This document shows, piece after piece, positions 23,154 to 33,170 of a DNA stretch of 64,000 nt. Location: assembly GCA_965240325.2 (NCBI GenBank), contig OZ251240.1, forward strand, positions 1 through 64,000, given 5' to 3'. Numbering within the stretch: the first letter of the stretch is position 1; each line of letters begins with the position of its first letter. This DNA is from Rebecca billardiae RCC1528. Lineage: Eukaryota; Protista; Haptophyta. A program made the position numbers and the translations under genes. A model generated the notes under the pieces. The model worked only from the letters and a program-made list of their open reading frames with translations, did not search any database and was not told where the DNA came from.

Positions 23154-25100
23154 TCAGCACTCGGCGCCGCCCTCGGCCGGCTCGGCGTCGCCGGCGTGCA
23201 GCGTGAAGCCGAAGAGGCGCGCGGCCGAGCGCGCCGCGTGCGCGGGCGTGCACAGCAGCAGCCGCAGCCGCACGCGCCGGCCGCGCAGCGCGCCGAGCTC
23301 GGCGGCGGGCTCGCGCCAGCGCGCGCGCGCGCACGCCGAGTCCCCCTCGACGGGCAGCGCGTCGGCGGCGGCGTACCCGCGCAGCGGCCGCCGCGTGTCC
23401 GCGTCGAGCACCTCGACGAGCGCTCGCGCCCCGCCGGCCCCGGCGCGCACGTTGAGCGTGAGCGCGCGCGCGCGCAGCTCAAAGGGCCGCGTGAGCAGCG
23501 CGGCGCACGCGCACGGCGCGCGGCCGCAGCGGGCCGGCGCGCCTTGCACGCGCGCGTCGCAGCCGGGCGTGCGCAGCACGCCGCCGAGGCGGTGCCACCT
23601 CCACGTCGCCGAGCCGATCCGGGGCGCGCTCGCGAAGCGCGCGCGGTGCCTGCTCGTGCGATGCTCGTACAGCAGCGTGTGCGCGCCGCCCGCGTGCACG
23701 AGCTCGGACGCGGCCTGCATGTACCCGATGCGCGCGATGTGCGCGCCCGCCGGCACGAGCTCGGCGTGCGCGTACACGGCGCCCAGGTCGAAGAGGGCGC
23801 CGTCGCGCGAGGTGAGCAGGTACACGCGCGTCGCGTCGGCCGCGGCGCGCTGCCGCGCCGTGCGCGCGTCCTCCTCGCGCAGCGTGGGCCACTCGAGCAG
23901 CGTGAGCAGCCCGACGCGCAGCGCGTCCGGCGCCGCGCCGCCGCACGGCGCGCCCGGCGCGCCCGGCGGCGCGGCGGACGCGGGCAGCTCGGCGACGCCG
24001 AGCGCGTACGCCTGGCGCTGGAAGCGCTCGGCCTTGCCCAGCCGGTCAAAGTACCACTCGCGCAGCGGCTCGAACGCCTTGGGCTCCGCGTCCAGCCCGG
24101 CGCGGTTGGCGTACACGCCCACGCCGCGGATCTCGCGCCAGAAGCCCACGCCCGGCGCCGTGCCAAACGACGCGCGGCGCACGAGGCGGTACGCGCAGTC
24201 GGGCTCGGACCAGCGCACGCAGTTGGACGAGTCGGCGTGGTACGCGCACGCCGCGCCGCAGCAATGCGGCAGGTCCGAGCAGTTCGCGCCCGGCGGCACC
24301 GCGCGCGGCCCGCCGGCGAGCGGCGCAAAGGCGGTCGGCGCGTCCTCGGGCGCGCTCGCCACGCACGCCGACTCGGCGTCGTTGGCGCAGTCGTAGCCGA
24401 GGAGCAGCCGGCGGCGGCGCGGGTCGTGCGTGACGCACACGTTGTCCGTGAGCACGCCGCCCGCCGAGACGTTGCCCAGCGCCGTCGACCAGCGCGACCA
24501 GTTGCGCCCGTCGGCCGAGGCCATGTGCAGGCCCATCCACTCGCCGTACCACAGGTGCCACTCGCCGCGCAGCAGCAGCGCGGAGCCGTAGAAGCCGCCC
24601 GTGTCCTGCTTGCGCACGCGCCGCAGCGCGCGCACCGTGGCGTACGGCGCGCGCCGCCGCGCATCGGGCACGACCACGCGGAGGCGCGGCGCCTCGAGGT
24701 CGCGCGAGGCGCACGCGTGGCCGCCCAGCGCGTGCTCGTCGAGCAGCAGCTGCGCCTCGCCCGCCGCCGGCGCGAAGGGGAGGCGGTGCAGCGAGGCGCG
24801 GTGGGCGCGCTCAAAGCACGCGGTGCACCGGCGCATGTGCGACGTGTCGACCGCGTGCCCCGGCGGCTCGGGCTGCTGGTCGCGCTCGAAGCGCACGGCG
24901 CCGGCGGCGATCGCCTCGCGCAGCGACGCGTCCGCGCGCTCGTCCGCGGCCGCGCTCGGCGGCCAGTGCGGCACGGCGTGCTCGGCCGCGTCGAGCCAGC
25001 GCGCGGTCAGGCCGTCCGCGCGCCCCGCGACGCCGGCGGGCCGCGCGAGCGCGCCGGCGAGCGCGCCGACGGCGACGGCGGCGAGCGCGCGCGCCAGCAT
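23154..25100 (-). CDS. Secreted beta-propeller glycoside-hydrolase-like protein (GH32/GH43-like fold) with bacterial-type C-terminal domain
   Basis: Intronless 648 aa with a signal peptide. Asp-box-like ASADGRNW and TSRDGALF. C-terminal LLTRPF...LTLNV...VEVLDADTRRPLRGY...VEGDS...W...LRGRRVRLRL...LFGF. Confidence 0.7.
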   Translation of the reverse strand: MLARALAAVAVGALAGALARPAGVAGRADGLTARWLDAAEHAVPHWPPSAAADERADASLREAIAAGAVRFERDQQPEPPGHAVDTSHMRRCTACFERAHRASLHRLPFAPAAGEAQLLLDEHALGGHACASRDLEAPRLRVVVPDARRRAPYATVRALRRVRKQDTGGFYGSALLLRGEWHLWYGEWMGLHMASADGRNWSRWSTALGNVSAGGVLTDNVCVTHDPRRRRLLLGYDCANDAESACVASAPEDAPTAFAPLAGGPRAVPPGANCSDLPHCCGAACAYHADSSNCVRWSEPDCAYRLVRRASFGTAPGVGFWREIRGVGVYANRAGLDAEPKAFEPLREWYFDRLGKAERFQRQAYALGVAELPASAAPPGAPGAPCGGAAPDALRVGLLTLLEWPTLREEDARTARQRAAADATRVYLLTSRDGALFDLGAVYAHAELVPAGAHIARIGYMQAASELVHAGGAHTLLYEHRTSRHRARFASAPRIGSATWRWHRLGGVLRTPGCDARVQGAPARCGRAPCACAALLTRPFELRARALTLNVRAGAGGARALVEVLDADTRRPLRGYAAADALPVEGDSACARARWREPAAELGALRGRRVRLRLLLCTPAHAARSAARLFGFTLHAGDAEPAEGGAEC

Positions 25101-25187
25101 GCCGCCCGCGGCACGGGCAGGAAGCGCTGCCCTCCGCGCCGATCAATCGATTACTACTCGTACTCGTCGTCGAATATGATTATTATG

Positions 25188-27318
25188 GTTGTATAACCGC
25201 TCGGTTATGCGGGTATAACTCACCGGTAGCCCTCATGAGGGCGGGCTGGCAGCCCGGGTCCGGCTGCCCGAAGGTTTTCCGGTCGTCAAGCCGAGCCAGG
25301 CCCGGACAGGGGGTGGGCGCGGATCCGCGCAGTAGCTTGGCAAGCGATGCGCCTCTCTGCGCGCGCTCGCTGGCTGCATCCGCGGCTCGGCGGCCGGCGT
25401 GGCTGCTGGGTCACCGCGGCGCTGGTGGCTGCCCCTCCTCTGGGAGTAGCTTGGCAAGCGATGCGCCTCTCTGCGCGCGCTCGCTGGCTGCATCCGCGGC
25501 TCGGCGGCCGGCGTGGCTGCTGGGTCACCGCGGCGCTGGTGGCTGCCCCTCCTCTGGGAGTTGTTTCTTCCAGGTGCGTGTGCGTCGGCGGTAGGCCGCC
25601 CTCAGCCCTCGCTCTCTCCACTCGTGCACCTGCCCTGCTTGCTGCCAACGCGCGATCGGGCTGTCTGTCGCTTCTGCTCGCTGCGAGGGCACCTCGGACC
25701 CCTCCGGGTGCTCTCTGCTTTCGATGGGGGCGCCTCGGAACCGCTTCGAGGCGTCCCCGTCTGCAATCGTCCCATGCTCTGCTTTCGATGGGGGCGCCTC
25801 GGAACCGCTTCGGGGCGTCCCCGTCTGCAATCTTCTCATGCTCTGCTTTCGATGGGGGCGCCTCGGAACCGCTTCGGGGCGTCCCCGTCTGCAATCTTCT
25901 CATGCTCTGCTTTCGATGGGGGCGCCTCGGAACCGCTTCGAGGCGTCCCCGTCTGCAATCTCCGCATGCTCTGCTTTCGATGGGGGCGCCTCGGAACCGC
26001 TCCCAGGCGTCCCCGTCTGCAATCTTCTCACGCTTCGCAGTCTCGCTTGCCTTCATCGCCTGGCGGGTGGGTGCTGCTCTCTCCTTCTCTGCAGCCTCCT
26101 CTGCAGTCTGCAGTGCACTGCTGTGTGTGGGGATGCGACCTGCTACCTTATCTGACGCTACGCGTGCGCGTGCGTGTCTCGCGCCTGCTTCCCGCCTGCG
26201 CCGCCGCCGCCGCGCATGTCTTTGTGCCTACTCGTCGCACTTACCGTCGGGTTCGTCCTCACACAATCCTGCGGGGAGCCCCTCTGGGCCTCGGCCGCCT
26301 TCGGTCCTCGCGCTACCCCTTCGGCGGCCTCGGCCTCTTCGGGCCCCCGGCCACCACCCCTACGGGGTGTGGCATTCCACACCTCCTTCTGGGTGGAGGC
26401 CCTCGAGGCCTCTGCCCCCTGCGGCGCCGCGCTCGGCCCAAACTTGCGTTGGGGGAGGGCGTCGGCTGCCAGCGCCTGCGGTCTATCTACGTGCTCCATC
26501 GAGTACTTCCTCTTCGGCGTCTAGGCGGTCGGCTCCTGTCGGCGTAGTTGCTCGAATGCATCGGCGAGTCCTTTCTGGTCGGCGTCGCATCCTGGACGGC
26601 TTCGGGGGTGTGACCTAGTCACCTCACGCGTTTATCAACGCGGCCCCCACCTCAATCTACTCTCATGTGGGTCTACCGAGTGAGTTATGGTTGTATAACC
26701 GCTCGGTTATGCGGGTATAACTCACCGGTAGCCCTCATGAGGGCGGGCTGGCAGCCCGGGTCCGGCTGCCCGAAGGTTTTCCGGTCGTCAAGCCGAGCCA
26801 GGCCCGGACAGGGGGTGGGCGCGGATCCGCGCAGTAGCTTGGCAAGCGATGCGCCTCTCTGCGCGCGCTCGCTGGCTGCATCCGCGGCTCGGCGGCCGGC
26901 GTGGCTGCTGGGTCACCGCGGCGCTGGTGGCTGCCCCTCCTCTGGGAGTTGTTTCTCCCTGCCCTCCCACCCGGCTGGTTGCTGGGTGGGCATGGCCTGG
27001 GTGCGCGCGGTGTCGGGGGGGGTGGAGGCCCTCGAGGCCTCTGCCCCCTGCGGCGCCGCGCTCGGCCCAAACTTGCGTTGGGGGAGGGCGTCGGCTGCCA
27101 GCGCCTGCGGTCTATCTACGTGCTCCATCGAGTACTTCCTCTTCGGCGTCTAGGCGGTCGGCTTCTGTCGGCGTAGTTGCTCGAATGCATCGGCGAGTCC
27201 TTTCTGGTCGGCGTCGCATCCTGGACGGCTTCGGGGGTGTGACCTAGTCACCTCACGCGTTTATCAACGCGGCCCCCACCTCAATCTACTCTCATGTGGG
27301 TCTACCGAGTGAGTTATG
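25188..27318 (+). mobile_element. Non-autonomous split-direct-repeat element (A1-internal-B1-A2-B2), Ngaro/PAT/TOC1-like tyrosine-recombinase retroelement
   Basis: A1 25188-25568 (includes a 114-bp internal duplication), B1 26391-26689, A2 26690-26956, B2 27020-27318. TTATG is shared at the left flank, the B1/A2 junction and the right end. Confidence 0.7.
25713..26030. repeat. 64-bp minisatellite, 5 copies, each with a hairpin
   Basis: CTCTGCTTTCGATGGGGGCGCCTCGGAACCGCTTCGAGGCGTCCCCGTCTGCAATC at 25713, 25777, 25841, 25905 and 25969. Confidence 0.95.
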
Positions 27319-27420
27319 ATAAGGGGGCCAAGTCTCACCGACGCGTACGGTAGCAGCCAGCCAGCCAGTAGTTATTTATTTAACCTAGGCGCCCAGGTTG
27401 TACTTTGATACACGGTAGTA

Positions 27421-27463
27421 CAGTTTACTAAGAATAAGAGACGCACACAGCTCAGGCAGGCGA
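27421..27463 (+). mobile_element. Tc1/mariner-type TIR (left end), preceded by TA
   Basis: TA|CAGTTTACTAAGAATAAGAGACGCACACAGCTCAGGCAGGCGA. Confidence 0.6.
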
Positions 27464-28051
27464 CAGTAGGCGCGAAAAACGATCGATGATCCGCCGCCCT
27501 TGACCCTTCTCGCGCCGAGCTCTTCATCAGCATGTCCGCCGTCCGTCAACGACGTGAGTGGAGGGCCGTCGACGCCGAGTCGTCGCCGCCGAGCGCCTCT
27601 GCATGGTCGTACACTCCCCTGAGGGGGTAAACACAGTCCGGGCGCGACGTCATCTCATCACCTGCGCGCGAAATGCGCCCGGCGATGGCAGCGCCCGTGC
27701 AGGCGGCGGATGCGCTTCCGGGCGGCCGTGCTTCACGCCGGTCAGTCACCGTAACTCGTCGGCTGGCGCAGAGCGGGCATTGGGTGGAGTGCACCCGCTC
27801 GCTGTCCGGTGCACTTGCCGGCCGTTCATGCCCTGCGCCGGACGCGCCTCCCCCCGACGCCCGCCGGCATCGAGCGCCGCAGCAGGCCGGGTGCACGCCG
27901 CTCTGGGCGGCTGCTTTGCTCGCCAAGCGCCGCCATCGTGCGTGCTCTGGTGCGGCTCGCCGCTCGCGAGCGCGTTTGTGATCGACATTCGAGTCCCCCG
28001 TCCCTTTTCAATTCGATCGCGGCGGCCGCCGCCGCCGTCGCGCGCGCCACG

Positions 28052-30688
28052 ATGTCCACCTGGTCCGACGACACCTTCGAGCGGTGCCACTCGGGTCAGC
28101 GCCGGCCGCTGTCGGCGCGCAACGTCGGCGCGTGCGACGGGCTGCTCGGGTTCGAGTCGCTGACGGGCACGATCCCGACCGAGGTGGGCGCGCTGCGCGC
28201 GCTCTCGATCCTCGAGCTGCGCGGCAACGCGCTGTCGGGCTCGGTGCCGACCGAGCTCGGGCTGCTCACCGCGCTCGTCGCGCTCGACGTCTCGCGGAAC
28301 GCGCTGACGGGCGCGGTGCCCACCGAGCTCGCGGCGCTGCCCTTCGCCCTCGTCGACGCCGCCGCGACCGACCCGTCCGCGCCGCCCGCGTGCGCGCTCA
28401 CCTCCGACTTTGCCTTCTCGGTCTCGAACCGGTTCGCCCACCCGGCGCCCGCCGCGGTCGCCGCGCAGTGCGTCGTGCTGCTCGACGGCTGGCTCGCGCT
28501 CGCCGGCGCGTACGGCGCGTTCAGCCTGGCCGTGCTCGCCCTCCTCGCCGTCGCGCTGCGCTCGCGCATCTCGGTCGGCGTCGCGCGCACGGCGCGGGCG
28601 GCGCACGCAAAGGCGGCGGCCGCGGCCGGCGGCGTCGACGCCGAGGCGGCGCCGCGCGGCGCCGCGCTGCGCGCGCTCGAGCTGCCCGGGCTGGTGCGCC
28701 CGCCCGAGCAGGCCGAGGCGCCGCCGCCGCGCGCGCTCGCGCCGCTCGCGCCGTACGGCGCGAACCGCGCGTCCGCGCCCGGCGTGCTCGTGAGCGTGCC
28801 GGGCGCGCTCGCGGCGCTCGACGCGCTCGAGCGCGGCCAGCCGCCCGCCGACGCCGCGCGGCGCGCGCGGCCGCGGCTCGCGCTCGCGCGGCCGGGCGAT
28901 CCGCCCGAGGCGGCGGGCTTCGCGATGGTGAGCTACGCCTCGGCGCTGCTGCGCGACGCGCCCGGCCGCGCCGCGCTCCGCGCCGCGCTGCGCGCGGCGG
29001 CGGGCCGCGGGTACTCGCGGCTGTGGTGGGACTGGCTCGTGATCGACGTCGACGACGCGGCCGGCCGGCCGTACGTGCAGGCGCAGTTCGAGGCGGCGAT
29101 GCACTGGGCGTCGGCGAGCGCGCACGTGGTGCTCGTCGTGTGGCCCACCGTCCCCGCCGCGCGCGCGTACCTGCAGCGGCCGTGGTGCTGCTCCGAGCTC
29201 GCGACCGCCGCGCGGCGGCGCGTGGCGTGCGCGCTCGTGGGCGACGAGGGCGCGCTGTACAAGGACCCGCGCGCGGACGGCGCGCAGCGCGCGGCGGCGG
29301 CGCTGCTCGGCTGGGGCTGGCTCGCGTCGCTCGTCGTGGTCGCGCTCGGCGTCGCCTCCGCCGTCGACGCCTCGCCGCTCGGCCGCGCCGACTCGCAGCG
29401 CGCGCTCTCGCTGCGCACGGTGCTGAGCGTCGCGCCGCCCGCGCTGTACGTGTACGCGAGCGCGGCGCTCGCCGCGCTCGCGCGCCAGTGGCTCGAGGCG
29501 CGGCACGCGCTGTCGTCGCACGCGTACGGCTTCCCGGCGAACGCGCTGGCGTTCCTGCACGACCCGCCCCGCCCGCGCCCGCGCGGCGCCGTCGCGCGCT
29601 GCCTGCGCGGGCCGCGCGAGGACGACGCGGCGCGCGCGGCGACGCGCGCGGCCGAGGCGCTCGTGCGCGCGCTGCGCACGGCCGGCCACCTGCGCGCGCC
29701 CATGTACGACGTGGGCGACGCGCCCGTGTGCGCGGCGGTGCTCGGCGTGCGCCCCGCGCCCTTCGTCTTCGACCAGGCGCTGCTCAAGCTCCTCGCCCCC
29801 GGGCGCGGCGCCGACTTCTCGCCCGCCGCGCTCGCGGCCGCGTTTGCCGTGCGCGGCGCGCCGCACCGCGCCATCGACGGCGGCCGCGCGTCGTGGCTCA
29901 GCGGCGAGCTCGCGACCAGCGCGCAGTGGGCGGCGGTGCCCGCGGTCTCGCCCGAGTACGCCGCGCCGCTCGCGCTCTGCGCCTCGCGCCTCGCGCCGCG
30001 CGACGCCGCCGACGCCGACGGCGACGCGGCGCGGCGCGGCTGCTGCGGGCGCGCGCGGCCGGTGGTGCTGGCGCGCGCGCTGCTGGTCGGGCCGGCGCTG
30101 CAGGGCGCGCTGCTCGGCCACGGGCTGCTGCTCATGGCGCTGGCGGGGCTCGCGCTCGGGCTGACGGTGGGGCTGCACCCGGGCGGCGGCTGCCCCTTCA
30201 TCGGCTGCGAGCCGGGCGAGCGCGACCCGCCGCCCGCCGGCGGCGCGATCGCGTCGCTGGCCGCGTGCCTCGCGCTCGAGCACGCGCTCGCCGCCGCGCC
30301 CGCGGCCGCGCTCGCGAGCGGCCGGTGGACGCTCGTCGGCACCGCGCCCGGCTCGGCGCGCGCGCCCGGGCTGCACCTGCTGCTGCTCGCGCACCTGCTC
30401 GCGTGCACGATCTTCGGCCTCGCCGCGCTGCCGCAGGCGCTGCTGTACGACGGCTGGCGCCTCGGCGCGGGCGTCGCGCTGGGCGCGTACGCGCTGCTCT
30501 GGCTGCCCGTGCTCGCGCTCGGCGCGCTGCTCGAGGCGCCCGCGACGCTCGCGCAGCTGCTGCTCTGCGCGCCGTGCCGCGGCGTCGCCGCCGCGCTCGA
30601 GTTCCACTTCCTCCGCGCCGCGCTGCGCGTCGGCTACCCGTCCGGCGCGTGGCTGCTGCGCGTGGTGCGCTCGCGCACCGTGTCCTGA
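28052..30688 (+). CDS. LRR - TM - TIR/HET-like domain - multi-TM protein
   Basis: Plant-type LRRs (LTGTIPTEVGAL, LELRGNALSGSVPTELGLL, LDVSRNALTGAVPTEL), then a TM helix, then FAMVSY...LWWDWLVID...VVLVVW...YLQRPWCCSEL, then further hydrophobic segments. Intronless. Confidence 0.75.
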   Translation: MSTWSDDTFERCHSGQRRPLSARNVGACDGLLGFESLTGTIPTEVGALRALSILELRGNALSGSVPTELGLLTALVALDVSRNALTGAVPTELAALPFALVDAAATDPSAPPACALTSDFAFSVSNRFAHPAPAAVAAQCVVLLDGWLALAGAYGAFSLAVLALLAVALRSRISVGVARTARAAHAKAAAAAGGVDAEAAPRGAALRALELPGLVRPPEQAEAPPPRALAPLAPYGANRASAPGVLVSVPGALAALDALERGQPPADAARRARPRLALARPGDPPEAAGFAMVSYASALLRDAPGRAALRAALRAAAGRGYSRLWWDWLVIDVDDAAGRPYVQAQFEAAMHWASASAHVVLVVWPTVPAARAYLQRPWCCSELATAARRRVACALVGDEGALYKDPRADGAQRAAAALLGWGWLASLVVVALGVASAVDASPLGRADSQRALSLRTVLSVAPPALYVYASAALAALARQWLEARHALSSHAYGFPANALAFLHDPPRPRPRGAVARCLRGPREDDAARAATRAAEALVRALRTAGHLRAPMYDVGDAPVCAAVLGVRPAPFVFDQALLKLLAPGRGADFSPAALAAAFAVRGAPHRAIDGGRASWLSGELATSAQWAAVPAVSPEYAAPLALCASRLAPRDAADADGDAARRGCCGRARPVVLARALLVGPALQGALLGHGLLLMALAGLALGLTVGLHPGGGCPFIGCEPGERDPPPAGGAIASLAACLALEHALAAAPAAALASGRWTLVGTAPGSARAPGLHLLLLAHLLACTIFGLAALPQALLYDGWRLGAGVALGAYALLWLPVLALGALLEAPATLAQLLLCAPCRGVAAALEFHFLRAALRVGYPSGAWLLRVVRSRTVS

Positions 30689-31096
30689 TATCGGCGGCCG
30701 GTCCGGCCCGATGGCTTATTGGCTATGATGGCCTGATGATGGTCCCATCAGGCCCGCCAGTGGCGCCAGTCGCAGCAGTTTCAAAGTATACATCAATCTG
30801 CTACTGCTGCTGGCGCGCTGTGAGACCGTCAGCACGGTAGCGTATATATAGGCCGATCCGAGCAGCATCAATCATCATCACGCTGATGCAATTTGACTCA
30901 GTGCAAAGCCACGCGACTGCTGCGTACGACTCTGATCAACATACTGGCTCCGCCGAGGCGGTATACGTCAGCCGATCCGCCCGACGATGCGCTTGGCAGC
31001 TGCTTGGCTGCCTAACGGCAACGCCATTCGGGCGGCCAGCATGTGGCAGCGCCGTGCAGAACAATGTGACTCCGGCCAGGCATGCGGCACCAGGGC

Positions 31097-32383
31097 CTAG
31101 CCCGACGCGGCGGCCAGTACCGCGTGCATCGAGTCGGCCCCGAGCGCGCCCAGGGCGGACATGGCCGCGCCGGACACGGCCGCTGCGCCGGCGCTCGCGA
31201 GCCAGACGTGCGCAATGCCGATCGCGAGCGTGCGGCGCAGTGCGCACGACGGCGGCAGCGAGGCAAAGGTCGTCGCGTCCACCGCCTTCTTGAGCGACAC
31301 GAGCGTGCCCGGGCCAGCGAGCGCGTACGGGTTGAAGCCGCCCGACTCAGTGCGCTCCACGATCGCCATCACGCGCTCGAGGAACGCCGGGTCGAGCGCG
31401 TACAGCGCGCGCAGCGGTGCGGCGAGGAGGTGGGTGAGCCCGTTCACGACCGTGCCCGAGCGGAGCGCGGCCGGCAGCGCGCGAGCCAGCAGCTTCGTGT
31501 AGGACGAGGCGACGACGCCGTTGACGACGATATCTCCGTGGAGGGTGAGCGGCGCGTGCAGGCCAGCCTTGAAGACGGCGCTCGTCGCCGTCACGAGCGC
31601 GTCCGCACACGCCGCCGCCTCCTCCGCGACGCGCATCCGCATCCCGGCGCGGAGGTCGCGCGCAGCGACGTACGCGCCGTCGGCGAGCGCGTAGTGGTCT
31701 TCCGTGAGCTCGAGGACGTGGCCGGACGCGAGCTCGACGCGCACCATCTCGTGCAGCGCACCCGCGCGCGTGTCGTCATGCGCGACGGCGTACACGGCCG
31801 AGAACGTCCCGCTGCCGTCCACCAGGACTTGGTCGCCGACGGCAAGCTCGTCCATGCGCTTGGGCCCAGCAGGCGTGGTCACGGTCGCGTCCGCCGGGAA
31901 GCAGCCGTCATTCTCAATGCATTGGCGATACGTCTCCCCTGTTTCGTCGTCGGTGATCCTGTTGCTGCACACCAAGTCGCCGCAGCACTGGCCGTCTCGT
32001 TTGCAGCCGCGCTCCAACTCCCCGATGCAATTCGGCGACGGCGGCGGCGATGGCGGCGGCGGCGGCGATGGCGACGGCGGCGATGGCGGCGGCGATGGCG
32101 ATGGCGGCGGCGATGGCGGCGGCGATGGCGGTGGCGAGCCCTCCGGTGGAGGCGGTGACGGCGGCGGTGCCGGTGACTGCGGCGGCGGAGGCGACGGCGG
32201 CGGCGACGGCGTCGGCGGAGGCGACGGCGGCGGAGACGGAGACGGATCGACCCCCGGGCAGCACGACGGAGCGCAGCCGCAGATGCTATCGTTCGGGGGG
32301 GCGCAGCAGGAGATGGCGGATGCTCCACCCATTGACAGGAGGAAGGCGACCGCCTGGAGCGCGCGCCGAGGCGTTGCCGTCAT
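31097..32383 (-). CDS. Secreted Hedgehog-type Hint (Hog) domain protein with Cys-rich head, Pro stalk and knottin-like module
   Basis: Signal peptide; G|CFPADATV cleavage site; LAVGDQV; LELTEDH; GLHAPLTLHGDIVVNGVVASSY; SRR-like HLLAAPLR. Confidence 0.9.
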   Translation of the reverse strand: MTATPRRALQAVAFLLSMGGASAISCCAPPNDSICGCAPSCCPGVDPSPSPPPSPPPTPSPPPSPPPPQSPAPPPSPPPPEGSPPPSPPPSPPPSPSPPPSPPSPSPPPPPSPPPSPNCIGELERGCKRDGQCCGDLVCSNRITDDETGETYRQCIENDGCFPADATVTTPAGPKRMDELAVGDQVLVDGSGTFSAVYAVAHDDTRAGALHEMVRVELASGHVLELTEDHYALADGAYVAARDLRAGMRMRVAEEAAACADALVTATSAVFKAGLHAPLTLHGDIVVNGVVASSYTKLLARALPAALRSGTVVNGLTHLLAAPLRALYALDPAFLERVMAIVERTESGGFNPYALAGPGTLVSLKKAVDATTFASLPPSCALRRTLAIGIAHVWLASAGAAAVSGAAMSALGALGADSMHAVLAAASG

Positions 32384-33170
32384 GGTGCAGGGGAGTTGGG
32401 GCCTCGGGGGTCGGACGTGGTGCCAGCCGGTGCGGCCAAGGGAGGGTGGTTGGCGTACAATACTGTGCAGGGGCCCTGAGCCGGAAAAGCGCGTGATCGT
32501 GATGAGATCGTCCAATCAGACGAGTCAAAGCCGAGCCGGGAAACAACAGCACTCGCTAGTGATGATAATCGAGCGGCTTAATGGCGTGACAGATATGTGT
32601 AGTATCATCACATACACTTACGACGAAACATGTACGACGACCTTTGTCATCGTCAAATAAGGGGAATTTATTAAGCCAGCCCTGTCGGTTACACTACTCG
32701 TACGAACTATTGTATGCGGTTCAGATGCGATAATTGACGCCTGCCGATGACGCTGCGACATGCTCTTGGCGGGCGTCGATGGCATCTGGCGCTGGGTTCG
32801 GCGGAGGCCCGCGGACAGCTGGTCCTCACACGTGTGTGCGAGCGCGAGTGCCGGCAGCGTCGTCGAGCCACGCCGGCTGAGCGCCATTCTGCGTGTCGCG
32901 CGCGGCCTTCGCCGCCTGCAGCAGCGCGCTGAGCCCGTTCGTCATACTATTAAATCGTGTTTGCCGAGCGCACGCGGCGCGGCGGCGAAAGCACTCGTCG
33001 CGGTTCCTCAAGGTGGGAGCGGATGGTCGCGTAGAAAAGCGTCCTATGTGGCGGAATCGCAACGCCACATCCCTATGGGGCGCGCTCAAAAAGGCAATGA
33101 CATGCGTTCTCGATTCCAGAGGCGAGCCTAATCAAAAGACGTTTGAGGCCCCATTGTTCGTATTCCTACT

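Noticed and set aside
25713-26030. CRISPR-like palindromic repeats
   Set aside because: The units are contiguous, with no unique spacers.
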